From: Methanolinea sp.
GTDB lineage: Archaea > Halobacteriota > Methanomicrobia > Methanomicrobiales > Methanospirillaceae
Assembly (NCBI GenBank): GCA_029907345.1
Contig: JARYMB010000005.1
Location: 5,485-69,484 of the forward strand
Reading direction: 5' to 3'
DNA: 64,000 bases
The notes under the pieces were generated by a model. That model was not told the origin of the DNA and ran no database searches. It was given only the letters and a program-made list of their open reading frames with translations. The position numbers and the translations under genes are program-made. This document shows, in pieces, positions 8,979 through 18,025 of this stretch (position 1 is its first letter; each line of letters opens with the position of its first letter).

Positions 8979-10754
8979 ATGAGAGAGACGCCACGAATCA
9001 GGACTCCCATCGTCTGCGTGCTCGGGCACGTCGACCATGGTAAGACATCTCTCCTTGACCGGATCAGGGGCTCCTCGGTGGTGAGCATGGAGGACGGTGC
9101 GATCACCCAGCACATCGGGGCGACCATCGTTCCCATCGAGGCCATCAGGAAGATGAGCGGATCCATGGAGAAAGTCCCCCTCAACGTTCCGGGGCTCCTC
9201 TTCATCGACACGCCCGGCCACCACGCGTTTACGACTCTCCGTGCCAGGGGTGGTGCCCTTGCGGACATGGCCGTCCTTGTCGTGGACATCAGCCAGGGCT
9301 TCCAGCCCCAGACGCTCGAGGCACTCCAGATACTCAGGACGTATAAGACGCCGTTTGTCGTTGCCGCAACCAAGATAGATCGCATCCATGGCTGGAAAAT
9401 AAACCGCGACCAGCCGTTCCTCGCGAGTTTTGCAAAGCAGAACGAGAGGGTTAAGGAACTCCTGGAGACACGTGTCTACGAGATCGTCGGGAAACTGTCT
9501 GAACTCGGGTTCTCGGCCGAACGGTTCGACCGCGTCTCGGACTTCCAGAGGAACCTTGCTATCGTGCCGGTCAGTGCCCATACCGGCGAGGGGATCCCCG
9601 AACTGCTCATGGTGATGATCGGGCTTGCGCAGCGGTACATGGAAAAGGCCCTCTCCCTCTCGATCGATGGCCCTGGCATGGGGACGATCCTCGAGGTAAA
9701 GGAAGAGAAAGGGCTTGGAACCACCCTGGATGTCATCCTCTACGACGGGACGCTCTCGGTCGGCGACGAGATAGCCGTTGCAAAGCAGGACGGCATCATA
9801 GTAACAAAGGTAAGAGCTCTCCTCCAGCCCCGGCCCCTCCAGGAGATCCTTGTGGAGGACAGGTTCTGCCGGGTCAGGTCCGTGACTGCAGCGGCAGGAA
9901 TCAAGGTGAGTGCCCCGAACCTCGAGGGGGCGATTGCAGGGTCGCCGGTCCATGTCGTGCGCGGGGACGCGGATGCCGTGATGGAGAAGATCCGGCAGGA
10001 GATGGAGACGATAAACGTGCACCTCTCGCCCGAGGGACTGATCATCAAGGCAGACACAATCGGGGCGCTGGAAGCCCTCTGCAAGGAACTCGAGGAGAAG
10101 GAGATAGGGGTGATGCGGGCCGAGGTCGGTTCGGTGAGCCGGCACGACCTCGTCGAGGCAATGACCATCAAGAACCCTTACTACCGGGTCCTTATTGCAT
10201 TCTCCACGCCCCTGTTGCCCGATGCCGCCGATATGGTGAAGGAACCGGGATTCCCTGTCAGGGTCTTCGAGGGGCGGGTCATCTACAAGCTCGTCGATGA
10301 CTACGTCCAGTGGAGGGATGATCTCAAGAGAAGGATAGAACAGCAGAAATTCGAGCAGATCATCTTTCCCGCCAAGATCCGCATCCTCCCCCACTGCATA
10401 TTCCGGCAGAGCAACCCTGCCGTGGTGGGTGTGCGCGTCCTCGGCGGGACTCTGCGGACCGATGTCAACCTCATCCAGCGCGACGGGAGGAAAGTGGGGC
10501 ACGTGAAGTCCATGCAGCTGAACCAGGAGAACATCAGGGAGGCGCAGACGGGTGCAGAGGTTGCCATCTCCATCGAAGGTGCAACTGTGGGCAGGCAGCT
10601 GGACGTCGACGATGAACTCTACGTGGATGTCCCTGAAAAACACGTCAAGGTGCTCGAGAAGGAGATGCTCTCCCATCTCCCCATTCACACCCAGGAAGTC
10701 CTTGCAGAGTTCACCGCGATGAGACGGAAAGAGAACCCGTTCTGGGGGAAATAG
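8979..10754 (+). CDS. infB: Translation initiation factor aIF5B (IF-2 family GTPase)
   Basis: Motifs GHVDHGKTSLLD and DTPGH plus four-domain length. ATG at 8979 is preceded by GGAGGAAGAG. The ORF track begins at GTG 8958. Confidence 0.95.
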   Translation: MRETPRIRTPIVCVLGHVDHGKTSLLDRIRGSSVVSMEDGAITQHIGATIVPIEAIRKMSGSMEKVPLNVPGLLFIDTPGHHAFTTLRARGGALADMAVLVVDISQGFQPQTLEALQILRTYKTPFVVAATKIDRIHGWKINRDQPFLASFAKQNERVKELLETRVYEIVGKLSELGFSAERFDRVSDFQRNLAIVPVSAHTGEGIPELLMVMIGLAQRYMEKALSLSIDGPGMGTILEVKEEKGLGTTLDVILYDGTLSVGDEIAVAKQDGIIVTKVRALLQPRPLQEILVEDRFCRVRSVTAAAGIKVSAPNLEGAIAGSPVHVVRGDADAVMEKIRQEMETINVHLSPEGLIIKADTIGALEALCKELEEKEIGVMRAEVGSVSRHDLVEAMTIKNPYYRVLIAFSTPLLPDAADMVKEPGFPVRVFEGRVIYKLVDDYVQWRDDLKRRIEQQKFEQIIFPAKIRILPHCIFRQSNPAVVGVRVLGGTLRTDVNLIQRDGRKVGHVKSMQLNQENIREAQTGAEVAISIEGATVGRQLDVDDELYVDVPEKHVKVLEKEMLSHLPIHTQEVLAEFTAMRRKENPFWGK

Positions 10755-10916
10755 ACTTATTATACCAGTCACCCAATTGTAAAGGTACTTCATGGAGGCC
10801 CTGCCGGAACAGGAACCGGTGCTCCTTTGCGGGTGCATGGGGGCTGCCTGTCACGAATAATTTCCGGCCGGCTGCAGGAGAATGGTAGATTCCTTTTCCA
10901 GAGGTGTGAAACAAGG

Positions 10917-11321
10917 ATGGCAGAATTCAAGGTTGTACTGTCTGACCAGAAAAGTGGCCGCTCGTTCAAGGTCGATGTTGGCGGTGGAGCAGCGGGTGCA
11001 CTGATCGGGAAACGCATCGGTGACGAGGTTGACGCGGGTATCTTCGGGCTCCAGGGGTACAGGATGGTTATCACGGGAGGATCCGACCGGAATGGCACAC
11101 CTGCGCGGAGAAACCTTCCATTCCCGGGGAGGCGCAGGATACTCCTCTCGGGGGGTGCAGGATTCAAGCCCCAGAGGGAGGGGCAGCGGAGGAGAAAGAC
11201 CATCCGGGGAAACGAGATCACGGCCGACTTCGTCCAGATCAATGCACGCATCGTCCAGTACGGCGAGAAGCCGCTTGACGAGCTCTTTGCAAAACCTGCT
11301 GCTGAAGGGAAAAAGGAATAA
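10917..11321 (+). CDS. rps6e: 30S ribosomal protein S6e
   Basis: MAEFKVVLSDQKSGRSFKV...GYRMVITGGSDRNGTP...RRRKTIRGNEI. The ATG at 10917 gives the canonical N-terminus. Confidence 0.95.
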   Translation: MAEFKVVLSDQKSGRSFKVDVGGGAAGALIGKRIGDEVDAGIFGLQGYRMVITGGSDRNGTPARRNLPFPGRRRILLSGGAGFKPQREGQRRRKTIRGNEITADFVQINARIVQYGEKPLDELFAKPAAEGKKE

Positions 11322-11359
11322 CATTCTCCCTTTTTTGATCGGTTACCAGGGTCCGTTCC

Positions 11360-11821
11360 TTACGAGGTGAGGACATGCTCCCTCAATGCCGGGAGCAGGT
11401 CCTGGAATTCCACACCGTGACGTTTTGCCAGGATGACCGCTGCTGCTTCGCTGGTGAGGTTCCCCTGGAACAGGTCCTGGATAATGGTGTTTATCTCTGA
11501 CACCACGGAACCCCTGGGAATTCCCGTTTGTTCGGAGATACGGAAAACGAGGTCATCGACAGGATCAGACCGCTGGAAGACGGAAGCGCCGGGTTTAAAA
11601 CCAAGGGGTATTTCGACACGCGAGACATCAAAGAGGGGGCGGATCATGTCACCCTCGATCCCGACGAGTCCCTCCTCGATTGCACGCGCGATGACCTGGT
11701 TTGCCTGTTCGATATTCATCCAGTGCTGCTTGAACGCAAGATAATAGACTATCTCGTTCTTCTTGAGCTCGGACCTGTGGGAATGGCGGAATGGTGCAGC
11801 GATGGTCAGGGAAAGGCTCAT
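11360..11821 (-). CDS. Conserved archaeal protein, DUF2240-like (tentative family)
   Basis: 153-aa ORF with balanced composition. The family name is recalled from similar archaeal proteins that neighbour S6e and was not verified. Confidence 0.7.
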   Translation of the reverse strand: MSLSLTIAAPFRHSHRSELKKNEIVYYLAFKQHWMNIEQANQVIARAIEEGLVGIEGDMIRPLFDVSRVEIPLGFKPGASVFQRSDPVDDLVFRISEQTGIPRGSVVSEINTIIQDLFQGNLTSEAAAVILAKRHGVEFQDLLPALREHVLTS

Positions 11822-12221
11822 CTCTCTCCTCCGGGTCTCCTCTGCTTCATCATGTCATTTTATCTGCCGCACGCTATCAACTGTTCGGCATTTCACCCCC
11901 GGCAGTATCCGTACAATTGACGATGATACTCCGCAAATTAAAGCAGATGACGAACCGGCCGGGGCTGGACATTCCGGACTCAATGTGCCTGTTGGTCCGG
12001 ATTTTTTCTGTACATGGATCGTATCAGCCATCATTCAATGAAAATCATTCAATACGGAGAGATCAAAGTAATTGCCGGATCGTTCCCTTTTTATATATGA
12101 AAATATTTATATTTTTATCACTACAATAAATATACGACAAAAGTCGTATCCATCCACAGTCCTCCTCCTACTCACCGTGTTCATTTCTGGATACGACTTT
12201 TGAGCTCTTCCAAGTGAGCAG

Positions 12222-12256
12222 AAAAAAATTTACGGGCGAGCCCGGTAAAAAAAGGT
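12222..12256 (-). terminator. Oligo-T terminator region downstream of rps8e
   Basis: On the minus strand directly after the stop: CCTTTTTTTTACCGGGCTCGCCCGTAAATTTTTTTC. This is two T-runs flanking a CGGGC/GCCCG hairpin. Confidence 0.5.
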
Positions 12257-12258
12257 GT

Positions 12259-12636
12259 TTACTTGAGAAGAACGGCGTTGATAACGCCTTCCTGCCCGGG
12301 ACGGCTGATGATGCGGGCACGTCCTGCCTCGGTCCTGATGACCGCCCCCTTTGTCAGGAGGTTTCGGCGGACGTAGTTGGGATTGGCTATGTTTTCCTCC
12401 ACCGTCTCGATCCGTGCGCGCCTGACAGTTCCCGAAGCCGGGTCCGCTACATTGGCATATTCAGCGCGCATCGTCCTGACCTTGACATTACCGCCCGTTA
12501 TTCTCACGATGGCCCGCCGATCCTTCCCGATATGACTGTCCGTTGGTGCTGAACCGATCTCTCTCCTCCTCTTCACGAGTCGGAGCCGGTATCTGCCGCC
12601 TGTGGGCTTCCTTACAGATCTTCCTTGCCAGAGCAT
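12259..12636 (-). CDS. rps8e: 30S ribosomal protein S8e
   Basis: MLWQGRSVRKPTGGRYR...VRTMRAEYANV...NPNYVRRNLLTKGAVI. Confidence 0.95.
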   Translation of the reverse strand: MLWQGRSVRKPTGGRYRLRLVKRRREIGSAPTDSHIGKDRRAIVRITGGNVKVRTMRAEYANVADPASGTVRRARIETVEENIANPNYVRRNLLTKGAVIRTEAGRARIISRPGQEGVINAVLLK

Positions 12637-12740
12637 GCGTTCTCCCCTGTCCTAATTCCTTTATTGTGGTCTTTCCTGGCAGGAAAGGCTCCTGCCGAAG
12701 TTTTATAATATTTGTGCCCTGCCCTAATAAAACTCACCGC

Positions 12741-13388
12741 TCACCCGAGAAGGGCATCGAGGAACGGGACGACCCCCTCACCCTTCCGGAGGTTCGTCCG
12801 GAAAACTTTCATTCCCGGGTGATACCGCCTCATGTCGTTTTCCATGCGGTCAAGGTCTGCCCCGACGAGAGGAGCGAGATCGACCTTGTTGATGACACCT
12901 ATGTCGCACCCGCGGAACATCATCGGGTGCTTGTTCACCACGTCGTCACCTTCAGTCGAGCTGACAATCACGCACCTCTTCTCGGCTCCCAGGGGAAAAT
13001 CGGTCGGACAGACCATGTTGCCCACATTCTCGATGAAGAGGATATCGATGCTGTCAAGATCCATTCCCTCGAGGGCGTGCTCCACGAGGTGTGCATCGAG
13101 GTGGCATTCCTTTCCCGTGTTGGCGTTCACTGCGGGGATCCCGAGCGCCCGTATTCTCTGGTAATCATCATCGCCGTAGACGTCTCCTGCAATCGCCCCC
13201 GGTCTCAAACCCCTCTCCTGGATGAGAGGAACGACTTTTTCTATCAGGGCCGTCTTCCCGGAGCCGATCGCTCCCAGGAGGTCGAACGCACGGACATCGT
13301 GTTTCCGGAGGGTGCGGGCGTTCTCCTCGGCAATGCGGCGGTTGACATCGTAGACATCCTTCTCAATGCGGACGTCGATATGGTGCAT
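12741..13388 (-). CDS. hypB: Hydrogenase nickel-incorporation GTPase HypB
   Basis: P-loop GAIGSGKTALIE, ENVGNMVCP and NKVDL motifs. Start chosen at MHHIDV (13388), which avoids overlap with the divergent srp19. The ORF is open up to 13472. Confidence 0.9.
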   Translation of the reverse strand: MHHIDVRIEKDVYDVNRRIAEENARTLRKHDVRAFDLLGAIGSGKTALIEKVVPLIQERGLRPGAIAGDVYGDDDYQRIRALGIPAVNANTGKECHLDAHLVEHALEGMDLDSIDILFIENVGNMVCPTDFPLGAEKRCVIVSSTEGDDVVNKHPMMFRGCDIGVINKVDLAPLVGADLDRMENDMRRYHPGMKVFRTNLRKGEGVVPFLDALLG

Positions 13389-13444
13389 GCCAGATAATAT
13401 GGATGCTGCACAGTTTATAGGTTCACCATTCCCACCTATGAAGG

Positions 13445-13717
13445 ATGAAAGGCGAGAGGATAGTCTATCCATGCTACTTCAATTCCGCCCTGAAACGGGC
13501 ACAGGGTCGCAGGGTTGCCCTGTCAGGTGCCGTCAGGGACCCCACGCTTGCAGACCTCGAACGGGCGGCAAAGAGGTCGGGGCTCGTGTTCCGGGCAGAA
13601 CAAAAGCATTTCCCGGCACGCTGGTGGTTAAAGGAAGGCCGGATTGTCATTACGTGGAGCGAGAGCAAGGAAAAACTGCTCCGGAAGCTTGCGTCCCATC
13701 TCGTCCAGGGGAAGTGA
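13445..13717 (+). CDS. srp19: Signal recognition particle protein SRP19
   Basis: IVYPCYFNSALKRAQGRRV... is the typical archaeal SRP19 N-terminus. 90 aa. Confidence 0.9.
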   Translation: MKGERIVYPCYFNSALKRAQGRRVALSGAVRDPTLADLERAAKRSGLVFRAEQKHFPARWWLKEGRIVITWSESKEKLLRKLASHLVQGK

Positions 13718-13721
13718 GAGA

Positions 13722-14372
13722 GTGTACGACCTCCATACCCACACGGTTCTCACCGATGGAGACATGCTGCCGGCAGAGCTTGTCCGAAGGCTTGCATATC
13801 TCGGGTATACCCATGTCGGGATAACGGACCATGCCGATGCAACGAACGTGGAAGAACTGATATCTGCGACCAAAAAACTTGTCCCTTCCGCAGAGGAAAA
13901 CGGGGTAACCCTCCTTCCCGGTGTGGAACTCACCCACGTCCCGCCGGGCATGATTCCCCGGATGGCACGGGAGGCAAAGAGGTGCGGGGCCGAGATCGTT
14001 GTCGTTCACGGGGAGACAACAATAGAGCCTGTCGCACCCGGAACGAACCGGGCAGCATGTGGCTGCAGGGATGTCGATGTCCTCGCACACCCCGGTTTCC
14101 TGACAGGGGAGGAGGCTGCTCTTGCCTGCAGGAACGGCGTTGCGATCGAACTGACTTCCCGGTGCGGTCATAACAGGACAAACGGTCATGTCGCAAGGGT
14201 GGCACTCGAAGCGGGGTGCACGATCGTGATCGATTCCGATGCCCATTCGCCCGGTGACCTCATGGACGCGCGTGCGAGAAAAGTGGTTGGAATGGGTGCA
14301 GGCCTCTCGTCCGCCCAGTGCGAGGGAATCCTCTCGTTTAATATAGAGGAATTTCTTTTCCGTAAAAAATGA
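13722..14372 (+). CDS. PHP-family (histidinol-phosphatase-like) metal-dependent phosphoesterase
   Basis: VYDLHTHT, ITDH, VELTH, VVHGET, LAHPG and IDSDAHS motifs. GTG at 13722 lies just after the srp19 stop. The ORF-track start 13644 would overlap srp19. Confidence 0.75.
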   Translation: MYDLHTHTVLTDGDMLPAELVRRLAYLGYTHVGITDHADATNVEELISATKKLVPSAEENGVTLLPGVELTHVPPGMIPRMAREAKRCGAEIVVVHGETTIEPVAPGTNRAACGCRDVDVLAHPGFLTGEEAALACRNGVAIELTSRCGHNRTNGHVARVALEAGCTIVIDSDAHSPGDLMDARARKVVGMGAGLSSAQCEGILSFNIEEFLFRKK

Positions 14373-14477
14373 TATTTATACATTTTCAATAAGTTTAAAT
14401 ATCAAAAATTTCCATATATATAGATTACTAAATCCTTCAGTCTGTTCACGCAGGCAGAGGAATAAGAGGTTTTTCGT

Positions 14478-14702
14478 GTGAAATCCATTGGTCTGGCTGT
14501 TCACGCCATAGGGGCACGTATCCTGGTTGTCCGGTGCGATGCGGCACAACTCCCGAGGCTTTACAGCGAGGTCATTGACAGGCGCATGAAACCGGTCGGC
14601 AGGGTGGTGGATGTTTTTGGAAATGTCTCATCGCCGCTTGCCGCAGTTCTCTGTAAGGGGCCGTGTGCAGTGACAGCTGGGGAGAAGTTGTTCATCCGGT
14701 AA
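14478..14702 (+). CDS. gar1: H/ACA RNP component Gar1
   Basis: 74 aa with the [18 protein letters not shown] motif. GTG start is preceded by AGAGGT. It lies directly upstream of tfb. Confidence 0.8.
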   Translation: MKSIGLAVHAIGARILVVRCDAAQLPRLYSEVIDRRMKPVGRVVDVFGNVSSPLAAVLCKGPCAVTAGEKLFIR

Positions 14703-14713
14703 GCAACGGAGTG

Positions 14714-15730
14714 ATGCATGTGCAGGAAGTCGAGAAGCTCAAGGTGCTCCAGAAGGAGAGGGAAGCCCTCAAGAAGAGGCTGAAAGACAGGGTGAAGGAA
14801 CATGAAAAGAAGGCCGAGGACCACACCGAGACGGTCTGTCCCGAGTGCGGGAGCCGCCAGCTGGTCCATGACTACGAGCGTGCCGAGCTCGTATGCCAGA
14901 ACTGCGGTCTCGTGATCGACGACGATTTCATCGACCGCGGGCCCGAGTGGCGTGCGTTTGACCATGACCAGCGGATGAAGCGCTCGCGTGTGGGTGCCCC
15001 GATGACGTTCACCATCCATGACAAGGGGCTCTCGACCATGATCGACTGGAGGAACAGGGACTCTTACGGCAGGGCCATCTCGAGCAAGAACCGTGCCCAG
15101 CTCTACAGGCTGCGGAAATGGCAGAGGCGGATCAGGGTCAGCAACGCGACCGAAAGGAACCTTGCCTTCGCCCTCTCGGAACTGGACCGGATGGCATCCG
15201 CGCTCGGCCTGCCACGGAACGTGAGGGAGACCGCTGCCGTTGTCTACCGCGATGCAGTTGACAAGAACCTCATCCGCGGGCGGAGTATCGAGGGCGTGGC
15301 AGCAGCTGCCCTGTATGCAGCATGCCGCCAGTGCAGCGTGCCCCGCACCCTGGACGAGATCGCAGAGGTGTCCCGTGTGTCCCGCAAGGAGATCGGTCGG
15401 ACGTACCGTTTCATCTCCCGCGAGCTCGGCCTCAAGCTCCTCCCCACCTCCCCGATCGACTACGTGCCCCGGTTCTGTTCGGGCCTCAACCTCAAGGGAG
15501 AGGTCCAGAGCCGGGCGGTAGAGATCCTCAGGCAGGCCGGAGAGAGAGAACTGACCAGCGGGCGTGGTCCGACGGGTGTTGCAGCAGCAGCCATTTATAT
15601 CTCGTCCATCCTCGGCGGTGAACGCAGGACCCAGCGCGAGGTGGCCGAGGTCGCGGGTGTCACCGAGGTGACCATCCGGAACAGGTACAAGGAACTTGCA
15701 GAGAAACTCGATATCGAGATCATTCTCTGA
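14714..15730 (+). CDS. tfb: Transcription initiation factor IIB (TFB)
   Basis: Zn-ribbon CPECGS...CQNCG, B-finger region and two cyclin-fold repeats. ATG at 14714. A Lys/Glu-rich extension of about 40 aa precedes the Zn ribbon. Confidence 0.95.
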   Translation: MHVQEVEKLKVLQKEREALKKRLKDRVKEHEKKAEDHTETVCPECGSRQLVHDYERAELVCQNCGLVIDDDFIDRGPEWRAFDHDQRMKRSRVGAPMTFTIHDKGLSTMIDWRNRDSYGRAISSKNRAQLYRLRKWQRRIRVSNATERNLAFALSELDRMASALGLPRNVRETAAVVYRDAVDKNLIRGRSIEGVAAAALYAACRQCSVPRTLDEIAEVSRVSRKEIGRTYRFISRELGLKLLPTSPIDYVPRFCSGLNLKGEVQSRAVEILRQAGERELTSGRGPTGVAAAAIYISSILGGERRTQREVAEVAGVTEVTIRNRYKELAEKLDIEIIL

Positions 15731-15975
15731 TTTTTTTTCTTTTCACTGTTTTGAGGGGGGCAGTGTGACCAGTGGCATCTGCCTTGCCCCCCGCACTCTC
15801 CTCAGGAGATGGTCCCGCCGCCCCTAAAAGGGCGCCCCGGCGGCGCTTTCACCGCAAATTTCGTTTAAACTCGATATCTCTTCTTTGACTTAACCAAGTC
15901 ATAAGTATGGAATGCTGGAAAGCACCCGTGTTTTCACTCACGAAAAATGACGAAGAAGGAAAGATACAAATTTAT

Positions 15976-16244
15976 GGACTCGACGGGATTCGAACCCGTG
16001 ACCTTCTCTTTTTCAGACCGGGGGCTGCCGCCCCTCGACCCCGCAGCGACCTCCCGGTCGCCTCCCTTATCCCAATTCCCTTGAAAAACAGTCCCCATGG
16101 ACTCGACGGGATTCGAACCCGTGGCCTTCTCTTTTTCAGACCGGGGGCTGCCGCCCCTCGACCCCGCAGCGACCTCCCGGTCGCCTCCCATATCCCAATT
16201 CCTTTGAAAAACAGTCCCCATGGACTCTTGAAAAACCGTCCCCA
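15976..16244 (-). repeat. Two tandem 123-nt units plus a 24-nt partial unit; each unit is a conserved double hairpin, a copy of the tRNA-Ala 3' half, and an oligo-T tail
   Basis: Units at 15976-16098 and 16099-16221 are near-identical. Each contains GGACTCGACGGGATTCGAACCCGTG, identical to the 3' end of the adjacent tRNA-Ala gene as written on the + strand. Each also contains hairpins GCGACC-GGGA-GGTCGC and GGGGC-GGCA-GCCCC (minus-strand sense). Confidence 0.85.
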
Positions 16245-16316
16245 TGGACTCGACGGGATTCGAACCCGTGGCCTTCACGTTGCAAACGTGACGATCTACC
16301 CCTGATCTACGAGCCC
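16245..16316 (-). tRNA. tRNA-Ala (UGC)
   Basis: GGGCTCGTAGATCAGGGGTAGATCGTCACGTTTGCAACGTGAAGGCCACGGGTTCGAATCCCGTCGAGTCCA. Has the G3:U70 Ala identity pair, a canonical 72-nt cloverleaf and anticodon loop TTTGCAA. Confidence 0.9.
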
Positions 16317-16430
16317 CGTGCCTGCATGACTGCAGCATTCCATTTTTCTACGGAATCCATATAGTTATTACTGATCGGTGTGACCGGAAGGAAGATGTGG
16401 CAGCACTGCCAATGATTGCCGCGAAAATTC

Positions 16431-16616
16431 ATGGCGCAGCTCATCATTGAACCAAAGAAAGGAAAGGACGGCCAGATCGAGTATATCGTGAACTACCACG
16501 ACAGGAAGAGCGACAATTCGTTTACCATCACCACGACATCAGACCTGAACGAAGCGCTCGAAAAGCTGAAAATGACTCTTGAAGGCGAAGTTCAGGCAAT
16601 GATGCAGAAGAAGTGA
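16431..16616 (+). CDS. Small hypothetical protein (61 aa)
   Basis: MAQLIIEPKKGKDGQIEYIVNYHDRKSDNSFTITTTSDLNEALEKLKMTLEGEVQAMMQKK. Composition is protein-like and no family was recognised. The ORF track starts at TTG 16416. Confidence 0.5.
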   Translation: MAQLIIEPKKGKDGQIEYIVNYHDRKSDNSFTITTTSDLNEALEKLKMTLEGEVQAMMQKK

Positions 16617-16640
16617 TCGCCCGGGGCGGATCACTTTTTT

Positions 16641-16816
16641 CCCGGTCGCCTCCGATACCCCCCTTATCCTCCCCGAAAAACAGTTCCCATGGACCTGGCG
16701 GGATTCGAACCCGCGGCCTTCTCCTTTTCGGACCGGGGGCTGCCGCCCCTCGACCCCGCAGCGACCTCCCGGTCGCCTCCGATACCCCCCTTATCCTCCC
16801 CGAAAAACAGTTCCCA
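16641..16816 (-). repeat. Second locus of the same repeat: one partial (16641-16690) and one full 127-nt unit (16691-16817)
   Basis: It shares the identical core GGAGGCGACCGGGAGGTCGCTGCGGGGTCGAGGGGCGGCAGCCCCCGGTC (minus-strand sense) with locus 1. Its T-arm copy (GCGGG/CCCGC) matches the neighbouring tRNA-Ala(CGC) instead. Confidence 0.85.
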
Positions 16817-16888
16817 TGGACTTGGCGGGATTCGAACCCGCGGCCTTTACGTTGCGAACGTAACGATCTACCCCTGATCTACAAGCCC
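16817..16888 (-). tRNA. tRNA-Ala (CGC)
   Basis: GGGCTTGTAGATCAGGGGTAGATCGTTACGTTCGCAACGTAAAGGCCGCGGGTTCGAATCCCGCCAAGTCCA. G3:U70 is present. Anticodon loop TTCGCAA. Confidence 0.9.
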
Positions 16889-17040
16889 AAACCGGTCTAA
16901 CATATTTCTCTGCCAGCCGGATATAGTTGTTGTTATCCCCAAAATACCATGATTCTCATCGAGACGATGAGACGGATTGAGATTGGCGGAGCCTTTTTCC
17001 ATCCGGGAGGAAAAAACCGCAGACCTTTCAGGCTCTTTTT

Positions 17041-17403
17041 TTAGTCAATCCAGTCCAGGATATCTTTTTCCTTTCCGGAGCTGCTGCGACCCTGCCGCCG
17101 TGGCAGCTCGATGACCCTTTCCGGCTGGTCACTTGCCCTTCCTTGGGGAACCGGATCCGGGAACACGGGCAGAACCTCGTCTCTGGTCCGGAACGGGATC
17201 TCGTCGGCAAGGATGAGGGGCCCGGATACGAGGGGCGGTTCATCGGCCGGGGCAGCTTTCGGCAGAGGGTACTGGTCCCGCTGCGGAACATGCCGCTCGA
17301 GAAGGAAATCAACGTAGTCTTCCACCTCTTTCCGAAGTTCCGGCGGGAGGCGCGACAACTTTTCCGTGATGCCTTCCATGTGCGTGCACCGATCCTCTTC
17401 CAT
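17041..17403 (-). CDS. Hypothetical protein (N-terminal LPPELRKEVEDYVDFLLER motif, DUF2281-like)
   Basis: The downstream part of the 17041..17655 ORF is protein-like. Start set at M85 (17403) or M93 (17379) to avoid overlap with the aldolase gene. Confidence 0.55.
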   Translation of the reverse strand: MEEDRCTHMEGITEKLSRLPPELRKEVEDYVDFLLERHVPQRDQYPLPKAAPADEPPLVSGPLILADEIPFRTRDEVLPVFPDPVPQGRASDQPERVIELPRRQGRSSSGKEKDILDWID

Positions 17404-17426
17404 TGATATTCTGCCAGCGATCGAAT

Positions 17427-17993
17427 TTATTTCCTCTGTTCCGACCGGCAAAAGTACCCCTCCCTTTCCGCGAGGAGGATGACGCGGCAGCTGTGCTCTG
17501 CAAGGGAAGTGAGGATGTACGCTTCCTCGAGTGTTTTTCCGGCGGTAAACGTCCCGTGTCCCCGGACGATGACGATCTTTCCCGTCGCGAGCGCTCCGGC
17601 AACGTTTTCGGCCATCTCCATGCTCCCCGGTGCCCCGCCGACGACCGGGATCCATGGTGCAAACATCTGCCCCTCGCTGTCGAGGGTGATCACATGGTCC
17701 CTCCCCAGCGAGAGAGCCACCGCGTGGACCGGGTGGGCATGCACCACCGCGTCATGGGCAGTCCTCCGGTATACCTCCCTGTGGAGCCGGAACTCGCTTG
17801 AGGCCTCGCGGGGCACATCGCCCTCGAGGGGGACAAAGACCGGTTCTCCGGGGTTGTCGAGGAAAGAACCGGTCCGGGTGATGAGGAACCCGCCGTCCCT
17901 GCGAACGCTCATGTTCCCAAAATTTGCCGACACGAGCCTTTCCTGGAAAAGGCGCTTTCCTATACTCTCAAATTCCAATGCGTAGGCTGTCAT
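17427..17993 (-). CDS. Class II aldolase/adducin family protein (fuculose-1-phosphate aldolase-like)
   Basis: GNMSVR, TRTGS, HAHPVHAVALS and RGHGTFTAG motifs. Confidence 0.85.
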   Translation of the reverse strand: MTAYALEFESIGKRLFQERLVSANFGNMSVRRDGGFLITRTGSFLDNPGEPVFVPLEGDVPREASSEFRLHREVYRRTAHDAVVHAHPVHAVALSLGRDHVITLDSEGQMFAPWIPVVGGAPGSMEMAENVAGALATGKIVIVRGHGTFTAGKTLEEAYILTSLAEHSCRVILLAEREGYFCRSEQRK

Positions 17994-18025
17994 GGGTCAA
18001 CCCCCCGGATGAGACAGGGGAGTCT

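Noticed and set aside
8928-10838. 636-aa minus-strand ORF antisense to infB
   Set aside because: The opposite strand encodes aIF5B with GTPase motifs. The antisense product is Leu/Arg/Asp/His-rich (acid-rich overall) with a skewed composition and no recognisable domain.
12040-12130. A/T-rich stretch as a candidate chromosomal replication origin
   Set aside because: I could find no repeated origin-recognition-box-like motifs, and there is no orc1/cdc6 gene nearby. It more likely holds promoter and terminator sequences.
15976-16221. Possible CRISPR array
   Set aside because: The units are 123 nt and directly abutting with no unique spacers. They contain tRNA-derived sequence, and no cas genes are in the window.
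15907-16338. 132-aa (+) and 134-aa (-) ORFs with internally repeated sequence
   Set aside because: They run through tRNA-Ala(UGC) and the tandem tRNA-half repeats. The protein repeats simply mirror the nucleotide repeats.
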